NCBI GenBank assembly: GCA_965242725.1 | Contig: CBDESZ010000007.1 | Coordinates: forward strand, 64,001-128,000 | Direction: 5' to 3' | DNA from: Alkalispirochaeta sp. | Lineage (GTDB): Bacteria > Spirochaetota > Spirochaetia > DSM-27196 > Alkalispirochaetaceae | DNA length: 64,000 nucleotides | Part shown: piece after piece, positions 59,005 through 64,000 of the stretch | How the letters are laid out: every line of letters starts with the position of its first letter | Numbering within the stretch: the first letter of the stretch is position 1 | The notes under the pieces: generated by a model | Database searches by the model: none | What the model saw: only the letters and a program-made list of their open reading frames with translations | Told to the model about the DNA's origin: nothing | Translations under genes and position numbers: made by a program

Positions 59005-61385
59005 CCACCATGGAACATCGATCACCTGAATACCACCGAAATCGTGCCGACCGTCTCCTCAAGAGGATGACGGTGGACGAAAAGATCGCCCAGCTCTACT
59101 CGGCGTGGCTCTCCATCGCACCGGATGGTACCTTTGCGGTGAAAAGCATCATCGGTTCGGGAGGAGATACGCGGGGAGAGGCGGAAACTCTCTTTCGTCA
59201 CGGCATCGGTCATCTCACCCGGCCTTTCGGAACGCGGCCTATTGATCCCCGCCGCGGCGCCGAGGGGGTGAACCGCCTGCAGCGTTACCTGGTGGAACGC
59301 ACGAGGCTGGGCATTCCTGCACTTCTCCACGAGGAGTGCCTCAACGGCGTCATGGCAAAGGGGGCGACCCAGTTTCCATCGGCCGTCAATTACGGCGCCA
59401 CCTGGAATCCCGATATCATTGAAGAGGCCGCCGCCGTTATCGGAGACGAGCTCCACGCCCTCGGCGGCCGCATGGGCCTCGCTCCGGTCCTCGACGTCAG
59501 CAGGGACGTCCGCTGGGGGCGTACCGATGAAAGCATCGGTGAAGACCCCTACCTGGTCGGCCTGCTCGCCTCGGCCTATGTCAGGGGCCTTCAGGGCGAT
59601 GGGCGTCGTATTCTGGCAACGTTGAAGCACTTTCTCGGCCACTCCTTCGGGGAAGGGGGCCGAAACCATGCACCGGTGCGTATCGGCATGCGGGAATTGA
59701 ACGACGTCTTCGCGCTCCCCTTTGAAATGGCCGTGAAAACCGCCGGCCCGGGGGCGGTCATGCCCGCCTACCACGATATCGACGGCGAGCCGTGTTCGGC
59801 CTCTCCCTTTTTCGTCAATGAGCTCCTCCGGAACCGCTGGAGATTCGACGGCCTCGTCGTCGCCGACTATGAAGCGGTGAGCCAGCTCTATCTGGACCAT
59901 CGTGTCGCCCGTGATATGGCGGAAGCCGCCGCCCTCGCGATCAGGGCGGGCATGGATGTGGAGCTGCCGGGTTTCACCTCCTTTGCGGACGGCGTCAAAG
60001 AGGCGCTGGACCGGGGACTCCTCGACCTAACCGACGTCGATACCGCGGTCGAGCGGGGCCTGACGGAGAAGTCACGACTCGGCCTCTTTGAGAATCCCTA
60101 CATCGAAACGGATGCCATTGAGCTCAATACGGAAGCGCACCGCCGCGTCGCCCGCAGGACCGCGGAGGAGTCCATGGTGCTTTTGAAGAATGACGGCATC
60201 CTTCCCCTGAAAGATGGGGCCTCCATCGCCGTGGTGGGGCCCCTTGCTGACGACCCCTACGCCGGCTACTGCGGATACTCCTTTCCCGTTCATCTCATCG
60301 GCGCATATCCGCCGGAGGAGACCGCGCCGGAACACGCCCGTACGGTGGTACAGGCGTTGCGGGAGCGTGCGGGGGATACGGATATCGGCTACGCCCGGGG
60401 ATGCCGCCTCGTCGTTGAGCGCACGGCGCATCCCGTCGTCTTCCCCGGCGATGTGAAGGCCGACCGCTCGATGAACAAGGCGGTTTTGAGCGGTGATCTC
60501 GGAGAAATCGAACCTGCCGTCAGGATTGCATCGGAGGCGGATGTCGTCGTTGCCGTACTGGGCGACATGGCGGGACTCTTCCAGAATGGGACGGTCGGAG
60601 AAGGTTCCGACGTGACCACCCTCAGACTTCCCGGAGTGCAACAGGAGCTGCTGGACGCACTGCTGGACTGCGGCAAACCGGTTGTGATCGTCCTTTTTAA
60701 CGGTCGCCCCTATGACCTGGGACGCGGATTTTCCGAGGCGGCGGCAATCCTTGAGGCGTGGTTGCCCGGAGAATCGGGGGGAGATGTCGTCGCCGACGCC
60801 CTCCTGGGAAGGATCAACCCCAGCGGCAAGCTTCCCCTCTCCTATGTGTCCAACGCCGGAGCCATGCCCTATTTCTACAACCACAAACTCAAGTCTGCGG
60901 GCGTGGCGCCGCAAAGCGAGTTCGGATGTGTCTATCCCTTTGGCTACGGTATGAGCTACACGTCCTTTGTCGTAAAGGACGTCCGTATCGCTCACGATAC
61001 CGTGCCGTCCGACGGGGAAGTTCGCCTCACCTGCACCGTCGCCAATACGGGTACGATGAAGGGAGCGGAGACGGTACAGCTCTATATCCGTGATCTCTTT
61101 TCAAGTGTGGTGCGGCCGGTGAAGGAGCTGAAGGCGTTTCGGCGGGTCGAGCTCGATCCCGGCAGGTCCGCGGAAGTCAGGATCACCCTGCCCGTTGATA
61201 TGCTGGGGGCCAGTGATCGCGATCTGCGTCGGGTGGTTGAGCCCGGGGATTTTGAAATAATGGTCGGCACCTCTTCGGCGGACATCGTTTCACGGAGTAC
61301 CGTGACCGTCACCGGAGAACCGAGGTTCGTCCCCGCAGACGGCCCCATGACGGCGCATACCGAAGTGATTCACTGCACGAAATAA
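59001..61385 (+). CDS. Glycoside hydrolase family 3 (beta-xylosidase/beta-glucosidase) with FnIII C-terminus
   Basis: MTVDEKIAQL, RLGIPALLHEE, RDVRWGR, LKHF, VVADY nucleophile, VLLKNDG, YPFGYGMSYT. Confidence 0.93.
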   Translation: MTTMEHRSPEYHRNRADRLLKRMTVDEKIAQLYSAWLSIAPDGTFAVKSIIGSGGDTRGEAETLFRHGIGHLTRPFGTRPIDPRRGAEGVNRLQRYLVERTRLGIPALLHEECLNGVMAKGATQFPSAVNYGATWNPDIIEEAAAVIGDELHALGGRMGLAPVLDVSRDVRWGRTDESIGEDPYLVGLLASAYVRGLQGDGRRILATLKHFLGHSFGEGGRNHAPVRIGMRELNDVFALPFEMAVKTAGPGAVMPAYHDIDGEPCSASPFFVNELLRNRWRFDGLVVADYEAVSQLYLDHRVARDMAEAAALAIRAGMDVELPGFTSFADGVKEALDRGLLDLTDVDTAVERGLTEKSRLGLFENPYIETDAIELNTEAHRRVARRTAEESMVLLKNDGILPLKDGASIAVVGPLADDPYAGYCGYSFPVHLIGAYPPEETAPEHARTVVQALRERAGDTDIGYARGCRLVVERTAHPVVFPGDVKADRSMNKAVLSGDLGEIEPAVRIASEADVVVAVLGDMAGLFQNGTVGEGSDVTTLRLPGVQQELLDALLDCGKPVVIVLFNGRPYDLGRGFSEAAAILEAWLPGESGGDVVADALLGRINPSGKLPLSYVSNAGAMPYFYNHKLKSAGVAPQSEFGCVYPFGYGMSYTSFVVKDVRIAHDTVPSDGEVRLTCTVANTGTMKGAETVQLYIRDLFSSVVRPVKELKAFRRVELDPGRSAEVRITLPVDMLGASDRDLRRVVEPGDFEIMVGTSSADIVSRSTVTVTGEPRFVPADGPMTAHTEVIHCTK

Positions 61386-61467
61386 GCCGGCGGCAGCCGG
61401 CGGGAGTAATCGGCCGGCGCCACCCGCCGTTTTGGACATTGGCCGATCCATTTAGTACCCTTGAAAT

Positions 61468-63243
61468 ATGGCCGATTCAGAAGAATATGAAAGCTGGTTT
61501 GCCGTAGATATCCATCCATGGGTCTTTTTCACCTCCGCCGCGGTGATTATCGGATCCGTCGCCCTGGCGATCGTTTTTCAAACACAAATAGGAAATGTCT
61601 TTCAGACGATACAGGATTCGATTGCCACCGGCGCCGGATGGTTTTTCATCATGACCATGAACATCATTCTCGTCTTTGTCCTGGTCATGCTTGTCAGCCG
61701 GTACGGCGACATCAAGCTCGGCGGTTCCGACGCCAGGCCGGAGTTCTCCCGGACGGGATGGTTTGCCATGCTCTTCAGCGCCGGTATGGGGATCGGCCTC
61801 CTCTTTTACAGCGTTGCCGAGCCGATGTTCCATTTCATTTCCTCACCCCTTGCCGAACCGGGCACGACGGATGCGGCGCGGCGCGCAATGGACGTGACCT
61901 TTCTCCACTGGGGACTCCATCCATGGGCAATTTATACGCTGGTGGGCCTCGCTCTCGCCTTCTTTGCCTTCAACAAGGGACTGCCCCTCTCCATACGCTC
62001 CGTCTTCTATCCCGTCCTGGGAGAAAAGATTCACGGCCCCATCGGCAACCTCGTCGACATTCTGGCAACGGTGGCGACCCTCTTCGGCGTCGCCACATCC
62101 CTCGGACTTGGCGTGCAGCAGGTCAACGCGGGGCTTGATCACCTCTTCGGCATCGGGCAGAGCAGCACCATTCAGGTGTTGCTCATCATTGGGATTACGG
62201 CCCTCGCAACGTGGTCGGTCCTGGCGGGACTCAGCGCCGGAATCCGGCGCCTTTCGGAGATCAACCTCGTTCTGGCGGTTGTGCTCTGTCTCTTTGTCCT
62301 CTTTGTGGGACCGACGCTCTTCATATTGAACGCCTTCGGTGAGAACCTGGGCCATTACATCCAGTACCTGCCGGAACTCTCAACGTGGAACGAAACGTAT
62401 GAAACGAGTACGTGGCAAAACAGTTGGACCGTTTTCTACTGGGGATGGTGGATCGCATGGTCTCCCTTTGTCGGCATGTTCATCGCCCGCGTCTCCTACG
62501 GCAGGACGATCCGTGAGTTCATCCTGGGGGTGCTTTTCGTGCCGACCCTCATCACCTTTGCCTGGCTGACGATATTCGGCAACAGCGCCCTTCAGGTCGA
62601 AATGGTGGGGGGCGGCGGCATCGCCCGGGCGGTACAGGAAAACATTCCCGTCGCCCTATTCGTCCTGCTTGAAAACTTTCCCCTTCAGAAAATCACCTCC
62701 ATGCTCACCGTCGTCGTGATCATAACCTTCTTTGTGACCTCATCCGACTCGGGCTCCATGGTCATCGACATCATCACCGCCGGCGGCAATCCCGACCCGC
62801 CCAAGCTTCAGCGACTCTTCTGGGCGCTCCTTGAAGGGGCGGTGGCTGCGGCGCTGCTCACCGGCGGGGGGCTGGTAGCCCTGCAGACCGCGGCGATTTC
62901 CACGGGACTTCCCTTTGCGCTTGTGCTGCTCTTCATGATCTACAGCCTCCGGAAGGGACTGGCGACCTACACGGAGGGACCGGGATTCTCCATGCCGCCC
63001 TATGAACACGGTCACGTATTCAGGACCGCTCTCACCCACCCGGAACCGGAACTTGTTCACGGGCACGTCAGCTGGATCGGTAAACCCCGGCAGCATCCCA
63101 AAAAGCCGCAAAAAGGCCGACGGACGGCACAGGTCTCCACACCACCCACAGACGATAGGCCGAAACGTCGCCGGAACATACTCCGGAAAATTGTGAAGCT
63201 CTTCCGTGACGGCAACGACGAGGGGGAACACGATGATCGGTAA
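61468..63243 (+). CDS. BCCT-family transporter (glycine-betaine type)
   Basis: WFAMLFSAGMGIGL, HWGLHPW, WTVFYWGWWIAWSPFVGMFIARVSYGRTIREF, FFVTSSDS. Confidence 0.93.
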   Translation: MADSEEYESWFAVDIHPWVFFTSAAVIIGSVALAIVFQTQIGNVFQTIQDSIATGAGWFFIMTMNIILVFVLVMLVSRYGDIKLGGSDARPEFSRTGWFAMLFSAGMGIGLLFYSVAEPMFHFISSPLAEPGTTDAARRAMDVTFLHWGLHPWAIYTLVGLALAFFAFNKGLPLSIRSVFYPVLGEKIHGPIGNLVDILATVATLFGVATSLGLGVQQVNAGLDHLFGIGQSSTIQVLLIIGITALATWSVLAGLSAGIRRLSEINLVLAVVLCLFVLFVGPTLFILNAFGENLGHYIQYLPELSTWNETYETSTWQNSWTVFYWGWWIAWSPFVGMFIARVSYGRTIREFILGVLFVPTLITFAWLTIFGNSALQVEMVGGGGIARAVQENIPVALFVLLENFPLQKITSMLTVVVIITFFVTSSDSGSMVIDIITAGGNPDPPKLQRLFWALLEGAVAAALLTGGGLVALQTAAISTGLPFALVLLFMIYSLRKGLATYTEGPGFSMPPYEHGHVFRTALTHPEPELVHGHVSWIGKPRQHPKKPQKGRRTAQVSTPPTDDRPKRRRNILRKIVKLFRDGNDEGEHDDR

Positions 63244-64000
63244 AAAAATGTCTGCACTGCGGTCCACCGTGTTAGTGACGATGGTACTTGCCGCTTTTTT
63301 ACTCCTCACCCATTGTACGGAACGGGGGCGTGAGGCTCCGGACGTCTCGACGGCCGCTGCGGAACGTACGGACACGGTGGTTCGACTCGTCTACCCGCCG
63401 TGGTCGTCGGAGATCGCCAGCGCCCACCTCTTTCAGGCGGTTATCCAGAGGCGACTGGGCTACCGGGTTGAACTCATTCCCGTGGACGCTGAAGAGATGT
63501 GGGCGTCCGTGGCCCGTGGCGAAGCGGATATTCTCACCGGCGCGTGGTTGCCCGAGACACACAGGGGTTACATGTCCACCTACGGAGGGGACGTGGACGA
63601 TCTCGGACCCAATGTAGAAGGAGCGCGCATCGGGCTCGTTGTCCCCACGATGACGCCGGGACGACAGACCGATGCGACGGGACGTACCGGGCTGCCCCTG
63701 GTCACCATATCTTCAATCGAAGAGCTCCCCCCGGCGGCGGACAGATTCGCCGGACGGATCATCGGCATCGAATCGGGGGCGGGTGTCGTTGCCCGGACGA
63801 AAGAGGCGCTGGAGACGTACGATCTCTATCCCGATTTTCGCCTCATTGAAAGCGACGAGGAAATCATGGTTGACCGTGTCGGCGAGGCGATATATCGGGG
63901 TAACTGGATCGTCTTTACCGGCTGGCGTCCCCACTGGATGTTTGAACGGTACAACCTGCGCTTCCTTGAGGATCCCAGGGGCGTCTACGGCGGGACGGAA
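63233..64000 (+). CDS. Glycine-betaine binding protein (OpuAC/ProX-like), runs off the window edge
   Basis: Manual translation from ATG 63233: signal peptide with Cys, YPPWSSEIAS, AWLPETH, IGLVVP, IIGIESGAG, TGWRPHWMF, LEDP. Confidence 0.85.
   Translation, partial: MIGKKMSALRSTVLVTMVLAAFLLLTHCTERGREAPDVSTAAAERTDTVVRLVYPPWSSEIASAHLFQAVIQRRLGYRVELIPVDAEEMWASVARGEADILTGAWLPETHRGYMSTYGGDVDDLGPNVEGARIGLVVPTMTPGRQTDATGRTGLPLVTISSIEELPPAADRFAGRIIGIESGAGVVARTKEALETYDLYPDFRLIESDEEIMVDRVGEAIYRGNWIVFTGWRPHWMFERYNLRFLEDPRGVYGGTE

Overview
This is a bacterial, GC-rich chromosomal window, most likely from a free-living Spirochaetota member. That assignment is an inference from Cys-less 'FASG/FAAG-x-E' solute-binding signal peptides, 'xxCP' lipoboxes, an FMN-binding outer protein, and HEAT and PilZ proteins. 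Four CUT1-type sugar ABC loci dominate, none with an ATPase. They are linked respectively to two Cys-type sulfatases plus a GntR-LacI regulator, two uncharacterised proteins plus a NarL-type two-component system, a GH31 plus LacI, and a GH3 plus a soluble LacI-sensor histidine kinase. Other genes include a Bacteroidota-type homoserine dehydrogenase, two large surface lipoproteins, a WYL regulator with an epoxide hydrolase, an ECF42-type sigma factor with DGPF/YciI partners and its promoter, UPF0182, and a BCCT carrier overlapping a glycine-betaine binding protein. A decaying plasticity zone at about 28.6-38.7 kb holds an intact yefM-yoeB pair, two toxin-antitoxin relics, an IS256 relic and three gap-free direct copies of a 55-69 bp element that bound gene modules. 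Six apparent +1 homopolymer frameshifts are probably sequencing errors. No rRNA, tRNA or CRISPR array was seen. Family names come from motif recognition, not from database searches.
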